Source: Variovorax sp. | Lineage (GTDB): Bacteria; Pseudomonadota; Gammaproteobacteria; Burkholderiales; Burkholderiaceae_C | Reading direction: 5' to 3' | Length of the DNA: 64,000 nt | Assembly (NCBI GenBank): GCA_017744935.1 | Contig: JAGIAI010000008.1 | Coordinates: forward strand, 40,268 to 104,267 | Shown here: positions 37,455-46,838 of the stretch, one piece after another | How the letters are laid out: every line of letters begins with the position of its first letter | Position numbering within the stretch: the first letter of the stretch is position 1 | Notes under the pieces: model-generated | Told to the model about the DNA's origin: nothing | Databases searched by the model: none | Seen by the model: only the letters and a program-made list of their open reading frames with translations | Made by a program: the position numbers and the translations under genes

Positions 37455-38571
37455 CCGGCTGTGGCCTGGCGGCGACTGCGTCGACGAAGCGCGCCGCCTC
37501 GTCGTCGCTGATCGGCGTCAGCGGCAGCCCGAAGGCTTCGCGCAGCCGCGCGACGATTGATTGCGCCCAAAGCACGTTCCAGGCAAGGCCGGCATGGTCG
37601 TCGGCGAGCATGGTGTTGGAAGGCTCGTCGCCTTGCGTGTGGGTCACCGTCAGGTGGCCGAGGCGGACTGACTTGAAATCCGGCTCGCCGTTGGGGCCGC
37701 GGATGCCCCAGCGTTCCACGGCCCACGCATCGGAGTCGAAGAAGGCGACCCGCTTCGGATCGGCCTCGGCGATCTTGCGGAAGGCGTCGTTGGCACTGGC
37801 GAGCGCCTTGCGGATATTGGGCGGCGACGTCGCGTCGCGGTACTTGCCTTGCTCGACGGGGTCATCGCCCTGGTTGGTCATGCCTGCGATCAGGATGCGC
37901 GCCGATGGCTGGGCGGCATGGATCGCTTCGATCGAGCGGTTGATCTGCTGCGTGCAGTAGTCGATCACGCGACGCAGTTCGGGCGCCTGTGGGTCGCGTG
38001 CCATCACGTCGAGGTAGGCATTCCAGTCGTTTGCACCGATGTAGATCACGACCACGCCGTTCTGCCAGCGCGCGGGCTGTTCCTTCATCAACGCGAGCAG
38101 GCGAGGCACCTGCGGATAGCGGAAACCGAGCCCGTCCCCCATGAGGTTCTTGCAGGCGGCGCCGGAGTTCGCGAAGTTGTAGAGATAGTCTTCCTTGATC
38201 GGTGTGCGCGACGGCAGGAGGCCCACCAGGTTGCGTGCCCAGGCCGACCACCAGGGGCGCCCCCAATGCATCCAGGGGCCGAAGTCGAGCTCGTTGCCGC
38301 GCAGTCGTGCGAGCACTTCGGTCCACTGGAATGTGCGGTCATGCAGCGCGCCCCCGCGCTCGTAGCCTCCAGGCGGAAAGGTAAGCCTGTCCTGGTACGA
38401 ATGGCTGTTGGAGTCGCCCAGCACTGCAATCGGGATCGTGCCCGGCGGCGCAGGCGGGGGGATCGCGCCGGGCGGCGCACCATCGCTGCGCGTCAGCGCC
38501 ACCGCGACGGCCGCGACCACCAGAACCACGATGGCGCACGCGATGAAGAGGCCGAGGAGTCGAGGGCTCAT
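37447..38571 (-). CDS. SGNH/GDSL hydrolase with N-terminal anchor
   Basis: GDSNS, NSGA, GAND, DDHA blocks. Confidence 0.85.
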   Translation of the reverse strand: MSPRLLGLFIACAIVVLVVAAVAVALTRSDGAPPGAIPPPAPPGTIPIAVLGDSNSHSYQDRLTFPPGGYERGGALHDRTFQWTEVLARLRGNELDFGPWMHWGRPWWSAWARNLVGLLPSRTPIKEDYLYNFANSGAACKNLMGDGLGFRYPQVPRLLALMKEQPARWQNGVVVIYIGANDWNAYLDVMARDPQAPELRRVIDYCTQQINRSIEAIHAAQPSARILIAGMTNQGDDPVEQGKYRDATSPPNIRKALASANDAFRKIAEADPKRVAFFDSDAWAVERWGIRGPNGEPDFKSVRLGHLTVTHTQGDEPSNTMLADDHAGLAWNVLWAQSIVARLREAFGLPLTPISDDEAARFVDAVAARPQPAS

Positions 38572-38587
38572 GGCCGCGGATTGTGAC

Positions 38588-40216
38588 TCAACGATGCACG
38601 ATGTAGCGCGTGATCACGGGCAGTGATTCGCCCTTGTGGAAAGCCAGCCGGCGCTCGCGCAACGCCATGTCCGCGGCGGTGGCGCGGTGGAACCGGCGCA
38701 GGTGCTCGGTCCACGACTCGTCGGTGATCTGCTCGACATAGCGGTTGGGTTCGGCGATGTCGTGCAGCAGTTCCCAGGCGATTGCGCCCTGGCTGAGCCG
38801 GGCGCGGCGCGTTTCGTGCATCACGAGGCGAAAAGCGGCGGCGCGCGCGGGATCAATCAGGTATTCGACCGTGATGATCACGCGGCCCTCTTCGTCGGGC
38901 GGACTGTCGGGCGGGCCCTTGGTCCAGCCCTGAGTGGCGGGGCGGGTGTCGTCCTCCTCGCCGGTGCCGTCGGTCACGTAGCGGACGGCGGCCCACATGC
39001 ACACCACGCCGCTCACCGCCGCGACACCCAGGCTGGCATAGAGCGAAGTGAGCTCGGCCACCTGCCCCCACAGCGCGGCGCCGAAGGCACTGGCGCCCAT
39101 GATCCCCATCTGGTACATCGACATGCCGCGCGCGCGAACCCAGTCGGGCAGCGCGAGCTGGGCCGACACGGACAGCGAATTGGCCACGGTGATCCACGCC
39201 ATGCCGCTCAGGAACATCGCCGGCACAGCCACCCACGCATTCGGCGCGACCGCCATTACCGCCGTCGCGCCGGATTGCAGCACCGTGCCCCGCAGCACGA
39301 GCTGGTCGCGCGCCATCGCCTGACGCAGCCGCGGCAGGAACAGCACGGCGACGATCGCGCCAGCGCCCATCGCGGCCAGCAGCAGCGTGAAGGTGCCGGC
39401 GCCGCCGCCATGCAGATTACGAGCGAGCAGCGGCAGCAGCGCGAGCAGCGCGGTCGAATGCAGGAAGGAGATCGCCACCCGCGTGAGCACGGCGCGCATG
39501 CGCCGCGACTGCCGCACGAACTGCACCCCGACGCGGATCGCGCTGACGAGCTTCTCGCGGCCGAGCGGGCTCGGCGTGTGCTCGCGCCGCCAGTGCAACA
39601 CCACGAAGCCCGAGGCCACGCACATCACCGCGTTGAGCCCGAACACCCATACCGTGCCGGCGCTGGCGATCAGCGTGCCCGCCAGTAGCGGACCGATGAT
39701 GCGCGAGGCGTTCATCGCGATGCCATTGAGACCGAGGGCCGCCGGCAGGTGCGTGCGCGGCACCAGTTCGGGCACGATCGCCGAGAACACCGGCCAGCGC
39801 ATCGCCAGGCCGATGCCGTTGGCAAAGGTCAGGCCCAGCAGCAACGGCGCGGTCATGAGGTCGAGCACCACCGCAGCGCACAGCACGATGGCGGCGCCGG
39901 CAAGCCAGAACTGCGTCGCGACCAGCCAGCGCCGTCGGTCGAGGATGTCGGCCAGCGCCCCGCTCGGCAGCCCGAGCAGGAACACCGGCAAGGTCGACGC
40001 GGATTGCACCAGAGCCACCCACATCGGCGAGGTGGTGAGCGAGGTCATCATCCACGCCGCCGCCACGTCGTTCATCCACATGCAGATGTTGGCGATGAGC
40101 CAGGTGCTCCACAGCATGCGGAACACGGGGAGCCTGAGCGGCTCGAGGGGGCCGATGCGAGCGGGCTGGCTCGGGCGCGGCGGGAGAGGAGTTTCTTCGG
40201 GCGAGATTGGTGGCAT
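38588..40216 (-). CDS. MFS transporter (MFS_3/DUF894 type) with C-terminal soluble domain
   Basis: GALADILDRRR, ~12 TMs, C-terminal SWTEHLR domain. Confidence 0.9.
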   Translation of the reverse strand: MPPISPEETPLPPRPSQPARIGPLEPLRLPVFRMLWSTWLIANICMWMNDVAAAWMMTSLTTSPMWVALVQSASTLPVFLLGLPSGALADILDRRRWLVATQFWLAGAAIVLCAAVVLDLMTAPLLLGLTFANGIGLAMRWPVFSAIVPELVPRTHLPAALGLNGIAMNASRIIGPLLAGTLIASAGTVWVFGLNAVMCVASGFVVLHWRREHTPSPLGREKLVSAIRVGVQFVRQSRRMRAVLTRVAISFLHSTALLALLPLLARNLHGGGAGTFTLLLAAMGAGAIVAVLFLPRLRQAMARDQLVLRGTVLQSGATAVMAVAPNAWVAVPAMFLSGMAWITVANSLSVSAQLALPDWVRARGMSMYQMGIMGASAFGAALWGQVAELTSLYASLGVAAVSGVVCMWAAVRYVTDGTGEEDDTRPATQGWTKGPPDSPPDEEGRVIITVEYLIDPARAAAFRLVMHETRRARLSQGAIAWELLHDIAEPNRYVEQITDESWTEHLRRFHRATAADMALRERRLAFHKGESLPVITRYIVHR

Positions 40217-40229
40217 GTGGTTCGTGGCG

Positions 40230-40997
40230 TCAGCCGCGGTCGCTACGCGCGAGCCGGTGCTCGAGCCGGCGCAGCATCGTCGTGAGCGCCAGCGTCATCA
40301 GCCAGTAGATCACCGAGATGGCGAGGTACGGTTCCCAGTAACGGCCATAGGCGCCGGCCACGGTGCGAGCGGCATACGCCAGCTCGGCCAGGCCGATCGC
40401 CGAGACCAGCGAGGTGTCCTTGAGCAGTGCGATGGCGTTGTTGCCGAGCGGTGGCAGCATGCGGCGGAATGCCTGCGGCAGCACCACGTAGCGCATCACC
40501 TGCGCATGGGTGAAGCCCAGCGACCGGCCGGCGTCGACCTGCCCTCTGGAGATCGACTGGATGCCGGCGCGGAACACTTCGGAGATGTAGGCCGCCGAAT
40601 TCAGCGTGAGCGCCACGATGCCCGAGATCAGCGCGCCGTGCTCCTGCTTCAGCTCACGCGCGAGATCGCCGGTCACGAGCAGGCCGGTGGTCGGATGGAT
40701 GAAGAGCGGCATCACCGCGAAGTGGATCAGCAGGATCTGCACGAAGAGCGGCGTGCCGCGGAAGAAGCTCACGTAGATCGTCGACGGCCAGCGCAGGAAG
40801 AAGCGCGCCATCCAGCTCCAGGGTGCATGAACCGGGCGAGCCAGGCGCGCGAGCGCGAGGCACAGGCCCCACGTTGCGCCGAGCAGCACGCAGACCACCG
40901 TCATGCGCAGCGTCATCCAGGCGCCTTCGATGAACAGGCTCTTGTATTCGAACAGGATGTCGGCCCGAAACCAGCCGAACCAGACGATGGGGTCCAT
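40230..40997 (-). CDS. Polar amino acid ABC permease
   Basis: FRGTPLFVQ, AYISEVFRAGI, PQAFRR, LLKDTSL. Confidence 0.93.
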   Translation of the reverse strand: MDPIVWFGWFRADILFEYKSLFIEGAWMTLRMTVVCVLLGATWGLCLALARLARPVHAPWSWMARFFLRWPSTIYVSFFRGTPLFVQILLIHFAVMPLFIHPTTGLLVTGDLARELKQEHGALISGIVALTLNSAAYISEVFRAGIQSISRGQVDAGRSLGFTHAQVMRYVVLPQAFRRMLPPLGNNAIALLKDTSLVSAIGLAELAYAARTVAGAYGRYWEPYLAISVIYWLMTLALTTMLRRLEHRLARSDRG

Positions 40998-41028
40998 CGA
41001 ACATTCCCTCTACAGCGGTCAATGAGAA

Positions 41029-41049
41029 ACGGCCGCGGTGAGCGGCCGT
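41029..41049 (-). terminator. Stem-loop between binding protein and permease (attenuator or mRNA stabiliser)
   Basis: ACGGCCGC-5nt-GCGGCCGT perfect 8-bp stem followed by TTCTCATT on the minus strand. Confidence 0.55.
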
Positions 41050-41077
41050 GCGTGATTTGTCAGCGCGGGAGACCGCC

Positions 41078-41842
41078 CTACTTGGCGCTCGGGTCCTTGT
41101 CGAACCACTTCTTGTAGATCGTCGCGTAGGTGCCGTCGGCACGGATCGCGGCCAGGCCGGCCGCCAGCTTGTCCTGAAGCGCCTTGTCGCCCTTCTTCAC
41201 GACGATGCCGAAGGATTCCTCGGGGAAGGACTTGTCGTCCACCGTCTTGAGATCGGGGTTCTGCGCCACCCGGTAGGCGATCACGCCGTTGTCGCCCACG
41301 GCCGCGTCGACACCGCCGCCGGCCAGCTCGGAAATGATCAGCGGCGTGCTCTCGAAGCGGCGCAGGTTCGGGTTGGTCTTGCCGAATTCGCGCGAGACCA
41401 CGTCGTCGGCGGTGGATGCGTTGACCACCGCGATCTTCTTGCCAGCGAGGTCCTTCAGCGATGTGACGCTGCTGCTCTTGGGCACCGCGATCAACTGCTT
41501 GGCGGCAAAGTAGGGTGGGGAGAAGTCGTAGCTCTGCTTGCGCTTCTCGTTGATCGTGACGCCCGAGATGATTAGGTCGACGTCCCCGTTGTTGAGCGCC
41601 GCGAAGATGCCGCTCCAAGGCGTGTTCACCAGCTTGATCTTGAAGCCCTGCTGCTTCGCGATCGCGTTGATGATGTCGATGTCGAAACCGACGATCTGCT
41701 TGTCCTTGTTTTCGAAGGCGAACGGCGCATAGGTGGCGCTCGAGGCAACCGTCAGTTCGCGGTTCTGCGCCTGGGCGTTGAGCGCGAAGGAGGCGCCAAG
41801 CAGGCCGATCGAAAGCAGGAGAGCGCGGCGGAAGCGATTCAT
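41078..41842 (-). CDS. Basic amino acid ABC substrate-binding protein
   Basis: Signal peptide, YAPF, GFDID, TINEKR...FS.PY. Confidence 0.93.
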   Translation of the reverse strand: MNRFRRALLLSIGLLGASFALNAQAQNRELTVASSATYAPFAFENKDKQIVGFDIDIINAIAKQQGFKIKLVNTPWSGIFAALNNGDVDLIISGVTINEKRKQSYDFSPPYFAAKQLIAVPKSSSVTSLKDLAGKKIAVVNASTADDVVSREFGKTNPNLRRFESTPLIISELAGGGVDAAVGDNGVIAYRVAQNPDLKTVDDKSFPEESFGIVVKKGDKALQDKLAAGLAAIRADGTYATIYKKWFDKDPSAK

Positions 41843-41876
41843 CGGGAGCCTCTTGTCGTAATGGTGGTGGGCGATT

Positions 41877-42374
41877 TTAGGGGCCGCTGGAGCCGCTCTT
41901 CGGGCCCAGATGCCCCAGCGGCAGTGCGTGGCTCGCCTTGACTTCGCCGAGCGAGAAGCTGGTGTGGATGTCCTTCACGTTCGGCAGATTCAACAGGTGC
42001 TGCAGCGCGAAGCGCGAGAAGCTGTCCAGGTCCTGCGCCACCACCTGCAGCTCGAAAGTGCCGGTGCCGCTGATGTAGTGGCAGGCGATCACCTCGGGCA
42101 GCTTGCGGATGGCGTCCTCGAGCTTGCGCGTGAGGTCGCCCGTGGTGCGTTCGGTGTCGACGCGCACGAAAGCGAGCACGCCAAGCCCGATCTTGTGCCG
42201 GTCGATCTCCGCGTGATAGCCCTTGATGTAGCCGGCTTCTTCCAGCGCGCGGACGCGGCGCCAGCACGGCGCAGCCGAAAGACCCACACGCTGCGCAAGT
42301 TCGGCGTTGGTGAGGCGCCCATCGGCTTGCAGTTCTTGCAAGATTGCAAGGTCGAACTTGTCAATGCTTTCCAT
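41877..42374 (-). CDS. Lrp/AsnC-family regulator, divergent from the IOR gene
   Basis: LQADGRLTNAELA.RVGLSAAPCWRRV. Confidence 0.93.
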   Translation of the reverse strand: MESIDKFDLAILQELQADGRLTNAELAQRVGLSAAPCWRRVRALEEAGYIKGYHAEIDRHKIGLGVLAFVRVDTERTTGDLTRKLEDAIRKLPEVIACHYISGTGTFELQVVAQDLDSFSRFALQHLLNLPNVKDIHTSFSLGEVKASHALPLGHLGPKSGSSGP

Positions 42375-42546
42375 ATCTAGTCATTTTAAGAAAGAGTCTT
42401 TCTGAAAGCGGGGTTCAACGGGCAAAGAAAGCAAACACCTGTCAGGACAGCAGGCATACACTTTGCGACATGATGGCCGAGAGGCTTCCAACCCGGATGC
42501 CTTGCAAGCCACGCCCAAAAGGCAAAGCCCACTGGAGACAGACACG

Positions 42547-45500
42547 ATGAATGCCCCGCTACCCGAGCACATTCGCAAGGCCCTCGAAACGGTCACGCTC
42601 GACGACAAATACTCACTGGACTACGGCCGCGCCTTCATGAGCGGCGTGCAAGCCCTGGTCAAGCTGCCGATGCTGCAGCGGCTGCGGGATCAGCAGCAGG
42701 GCAAGAACACGGCAGGTTTCATCAGCGGCTACCGCGGCTCCCCGCTCGGCGGGTACGACCAGGCACTCTGGAAGGCCAGCAAGTACCTCAAGCAGCAGAA
42801 CATCGTCTTCCAGCCGGGCGTCAATGAAGAGCTTGCCGCCACGGCGCTCTGGGGCACGCAGCAACTCGGCTTCGCGCCGCCGGGCGTCAACAAGTTCGAC
42901 GGCGTCTTCGGCATCTGGTACGGCAAGGGGCCGGGCGTTGACCGCTGCTCCGACGTCTTCAAGCACGCCAACATGGCGGGCACGACGCCATGGGGCGGCG
43001 TGATTGCGGTGGCCGGCGACGACCACATCTCCAAGAGCTCGACCGCAGCGCACCAGAGCGATCACATCTTCAAGGCCTGCGGCACGCCGGTGTTCTTCCC
43101 GACGAATGTGCAGGAAATCCTCGACCTCGGCATCCACGCCTTTGCGATGAGCCGCTTCGCCGGCATCTGGTCGGGCATGAAGACGATCCAGGAGATCGTC
43201 GAATCCAGCGCCACCGCGATGATCGACCCCGAGCGCGTCGAGATCGTGATGCCCACCGACTTCCAGATGCCGCCCGGCGGCCTGCACATCCGCTGGCCCG
43301 ACCATGCGCTGGAGCAGGAGGCGCGATTGATGCACTACAAGTGGTATGCAGCGCTCGCCTACATCCGCGCCAACCGGCTCAACCACAACGTCATCGAAGG
43401 GCCGAATGACCGTTTCGGCATCATGGCCAGCGGCAAGGCCTTCAACGACACGCGCCAGGCGCTGATCGACCTCGGTCTCGATGATGCCGCCTGCCGTCAG
43501 CTCGGCATCCGGCTGCACAAGGTGGCGGTCGTGTGGCCGCTGGAGGCGCAGTTGACCCGCGAGTTCGCAACCGGCCTGCAGGAAATCCTCGTGGTCGAGG
43601 AAAAGCGCCAGGTCATCGAATACCAACTGAAGGAAGAGCTTTACAACTGGCGCGGCGACGTCCGGCCGAACGTGGTCGGCAAGTTCGACGAAGGCGAGGT
43701 GCACGAGGCCGAGGGCTACTCGGGCGGCGAATGGTCGATGCCCAACCCGACCGCGCACACCCTGCTGCGCGCCAACGCCGACTTGAACCCAGCGCTGATC
43801 GCCAAGGCGATCGCGCAGCGCCTGAAGAAGACCGGCATCCTCGCGGCCGCCGGCGCCGACATGGCCGCGCGCATCGATGCGCAGCTCGCCATCCTCGAAG
43901 CCAAGGAACGTGCCATGGCCGGGCCGCAGATCGTCAGCGCGGCCGACGCAACGCGGCAGCCGTGGTTCTGCTCGGGCTGCCCGCACAACACCAGCACCGT
44001 GGTGCCCGAAGGCTCGCGCGCAATGGCCGGCATCGGTTGCCACTTCATGGCCACCTGGATGGACCGCTCGACCATCGGCTTCACGCAGATGGGCGGCGAG
44101 GGCGTGCCATGGGTCGGCCAGCAGCCGTTTACCACCGAGCAGCACATCTTCGCGAACCTGGGTGACGGCACGTATTTCCACAGCGGCCTGCTGGCGATCC
44201 GCCAGAGCATCGCGGCGGGCGTGAACATCACCTACAAGATCCTCTACAACGATGCGGTCGCGATGACCGGCGGCCAGCAGGTCGGCGAGCGGCCCGAGGG
44301 CCACTCGGTGCTGCAGATCGCCGAAAGCCTGCACGCGGAAGGCGCGGCCAAGGTCGTGGTCGTCACCGACGAGCCTGAGAAATACGAAGGCGTGAACGTG
44401 CCGGGCGACAACGTCAAGGTGCGGCATCGCGACGAGCTGGACCAGATCCAGCGCGAGTTCCGCGAGATCAAGGGCACGACCGCCATCATCTACGACCAGA
44501 CCTGCGCCACAGAAAAGCGCCGCCGCCGCAAGCGCGGCACGGCGGTCGATCCGGCCCGGCGCGTGGTCATCAACGAACTGGTCTGCGAAGGCTGCGGCGA
44601 CTGCAGCGTGCAGAGCAACTGCCTGTCGGTCGAGCCGCTGGAAACCGAATTCGGCCGCAAGCGCACGATCAATCAGAGCACCTGCAACAAGGACATGAGC
44701 TGCCTGAAGGGCTTCTGCCCGAGCTTCGTGACCGTGGAAGGCGGGCAGCTCAGGAAGAAGGCCAAAGGCAATAGCGCGGCGCCCGCTGAACTGGGTGCGC
44801 TGGCGGAGCCGGCGCTGCCTTCGCTTGCGGGCGGACTGGTCTGGGGCGTCGTCGTGGCGGGCGTCGGCGGTACCGGCGTGATCACGATCGGCCAATTGCT
44901 CGGCATGGCTGCGCACATCGAAGGCAAGGGCATCGTCACGCAGGACGCGGCCGGTCTGGCCCAGAAGGGCGGCGCGACCTGGAGCCATGTGCTGATCGGC
45001 GACACGCAGGACGATATCCGCACCACCCGCGTCGGCACCGCGGCGGCCGATCTTGTGCTGGCGTGCGATCCGCTCGTGAGCGTGAACGCCGAGACGATGG
45101 CGCGCATGCGCGAAGGGCGCACGCACGTCGCGCTCAACAGCCACAGCAGCCCGACGGCAGCGTTCGTGCGCAACGCCAACTGGCAGAACCCGCAGGATGC
45201 CTGCGCCGCAGAGATCGCACGTGCGGTCGGCGCCGATGCGGTCGGCGCCTTCGATGCCGACGCGGCCGCGACTTCGCTGATGGGCGACAGCATCTACGTC
45301 AACCCGATGATCCTGGGCTACGCCTGGCAAAAGGGCTGGATCCCGCTTGAACACGCATCGCTGATGCGCGCGATCGAGCTCAACGCCGTGGCCATCGAGA
45401 ACAACAAGATGGCTTTCGAGTGGGGCCGTCAGGCGGCGCAGCGTCCGCTGGAGGTGCAAAAGCGTGTCCAGCCCGGCCAGATCATCGAGTTCAAGAAGCG

Positions 45501-46164
45501 CGATTCGGTCGATACGCTGGTCGCACGGCGGGTCGAGTTCCTGACCGGCTACCAGAACGCTGCTTATGCCGAGGAATACAAGGCCTTCGTCGGCAAGGTG
45601 CAGAAGGCCGAATCAGCGCTCGGCAAGACCAGCCTCAGCGAGGCGGTGGCGCGCTACCTGTTCAAGCTGATGGCCTACAAGGACGAGTACGAGGTCGCCC
45701 GCCTGCAGAGCGACCCGGTCTTCCTTCAGCGCATCGAAGGGATGTTCGAGGGGCAGATGGGCAAGGACTTCAAGCTCAACTACCACCTTGCGCCGCCGCT
45801 GACTGCGAAGAAGAACGCCAAGGGCCAGCTCCAGAAGCAGAAATTCGGCCCGGCCATGCTGACCGGCTTCCGGCTGCTGGCAAAGCTCAAGGGGTTGCGC
45901 GGCACAGCGCTCGACGTCTTCGGACGCACCGAGGAACGCAAGACCGAGCGCGCGCTGATCGGCGAGTACCGGGCGAGCATCGACGAGGTGCTGGGCAGCC
46001 TGAACGCCGCCAATCACGCGTTGGCGGTCGAGATCGCCAGCCTGCCCGAGCAGATCCGTGGCTATGGCCACGTCAAGGACCGCAACCTGGCGGCGGCCCG
46101 CACCCGTTGGGCGGAGCTGATGGGCAAGTGGCGGAATCCTCAGCCCGCCCGGGCGGCGGCCTGA
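42547..46164 (+). CDS. Fused indolepyruvate/phenylpyruvate:ferredoxin oxidoreductase (IorAB family)
   Basis: SGYRGSPLGG, WYGKGPGVDR, FCSGCPHN, GDGTYFHSG, CEGCGDC...C...CPSF ferredoxin motifs, GVGGTG, AQKGG. Confidence 0.93.
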   Translation: MNAPLPEHIRKALETVTLDDKYSLDYGRAFMSGVQALVKLPMLQRLRDQQQGKNTAGFISGYRGSPLGGYDQALWKASKYLKQQNIVFQPGVNEELAATALWGTQQLGFAPPGVNKFDGVFGIWYGKGPGVDRCSDVFKHANMAGTTPWGGVIAVAGDDHISKSSTAAHQSDHIFKACGTPVFFPTNVQEILDLGIHAFAMSRFAGIWSGMKTIQEIVESSATAMIDPERVEIVMPTDFQMPPGGLHIRWPDHALEQEARLMHYKWYAALAYIRANRLNHNVIEGPNDRFGIMASGKAFNDTRQALIDLGLDDAACRQLGIRLHKVAVVWPLEAQLTREFATGLQEILVVEEKRQVIEYQLKEELYNWRGDVRPNVVGKFDEGEVHEAEGYSGGEWSMPNPTAHTLLRANADLNPALIAKAIAQRLKKTGILAAAGADMAARIDAQLAILEAKERAMAGPQIVSAADATRQPWFCSGCPHNTSTVVPEGSRAMAGIGCHFMATWMDRSTIGFTQMGGEGVPWVGQQPFTTEQHIFANLGDGTYFHSGLLAIRQSIAAGVNITYKILYNDAVAMTGGQQVGERPEGHSVLQIAESLHAEGAAKVVVVTDEPEKYEGVNVPGDNVKVRHRDELDQIQREFREIKGTTAIIYDQTCATEKRRRRKRGTAVDPARRVVINELVCEGCGDCSVQSNCLSVEPLETEFGRKRTINQSTCNKDMSCLKGFCPSFVTVEGGQLRKKAKGNSAAPAELGALAEPALPSLAGGLVWGVVVAGVGGTGVITIGQLLGMAAHIEGKGIVTQDAAGLAQKGGATWSHVLIGDTQDDIRTTRVGTAAADLVLACDPLVSVNAETMARMREGRTHVALNSHSSPTAAFVRNANWQNPQDACAAEIARAVGADAVGAFDADAAATSLMGDSIYVNPMILGYAWQKGWIPLEHASLMRAIELNAVAIENNKMAFEWGRQAAQRPLEVQKRVQPGQIIEFKKRDSVDTLVARRVEFLTGYQNAAYAEEYKAFVGKVQKAESALGKTSLSEAVARYLFKLMAYKDEYEVARLQSDPVFLQRIEGMFEGQMGKDFKLNYHLAPPLTAKKNAKGQLQKQKFGPAMLTGFRLLAKLKGLRGTALDVFGRTEERKTERALIGEYRASIDEVLGSLNAANHALAVEIASLPEQIRGYGHVKDRNLAAARTRWAELMGKWRNPQPARAAA

Positions 46165-46204
46165 GAGCCTCCCTAGTCCTCCAGCGATTGACCTCAAAGC
46201 CCTG

Positions 46205-46240
46205 AGCGCCCCGGCGGGTTGGCCCTGCCGGGGCGCTTTC
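46205..46240 (+). terminator. Probable terminator hairpin after the IOR gene
   Basis: AGCGCCCCGGC...GCCGGGGCGCT stem followed by TTC. Confidence 0.55.
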
Positions 46241-46378
46241 CGCCGAATACAATGCCCGGTGCTGTGCGCGGCCAGGCCCCGCGCTGCGCGGCCTGCTTGC
46301 ATCGCCGCGGACCGGCGGACCTCCTGCGTTGTGCGGGAGGCCGGCGCGCTTGTTTTCTTCCCTCTGCTGGAGATTCCC

Positions 46379-46708
46379 TTGTTCATTTCTTCTGCTTTTG
46401 CCCAGTCCGCGCCCGCCGCCGGGGGCGGTGACATGATGTCGTCGCTCGGGAGCATGCTGCCGCTGCTCCTCATGTTCGTGGTGCTGTACTTCGTCATGAT
46501 CCGGCCGCAGATGAAGCGCCAGAAAGAAGCCCGCGCAATGATCGAGGCGCTGGCGAAAGGCGACGAAGTCGCCACCGCGGGTGGTGTGCTCGGCAAGATC
46601 ACCCAGCTCGGCGAGCAATACCTGACCATCGAAATCGCCAAGGGCGTCGAGGTCCAGATCCAGCGCAGCGCTGTCGTTCAGGTCCTTCCCAAGGGCGCAA
46701 TAAAGTAA
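46379..46708 (+). CDS. yajC: Preprotein translocase subunit YajC
   Basis: YFVMIRPQMKRQKE, KGDEV.T.GG, VLPKG; TTG start after GGAG. Confidence 0.95.
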   Translation: MFISSAFAQSAPAAGGGDMMSSLGSMLPLLLMFVVLYFVMIRPQMKRQKEARAMIEALAKGDEVATAGGVLGKITQLGEQYLTIEIAKGVEVQIQRSAVVQVLPKGAIK

Positions 46709-46712
46709 TGCT

Positions 46713-46808
46713 CCCCCCCCCCAGCCTCGCCCACTTCGTGTGGCTCGGGCACCCCCCTCACGGGGGGCAACACCGGCGGCCCGGCGAAGCCGGTTCCGCG
46801 GTGTTTCA
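46713..46808 (+). repeat. Dispersed multi-hairpin intergenic repeat, copy 2
   Basis: C10 tract, CCAGCCTCGC...GCTCGGGCA-CCCCCC-tcac-GGGGGG-C-AACACC-GGCGGCCCGGCGAAGCCGGTTCCGC-GGTGTT. Confidence 0.85.
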
Positions 46809-46838
46809 CCAATGGGCCGGGGTTCGCCGGCCAAGATC

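Noticed and set aside
46713-46722. C10 homopolymer as a phase-variation tract
   Set aside because: Intergenic at the head of the repeat element, between housekeeping genes, not in a coding frame or evident promoter spacer.
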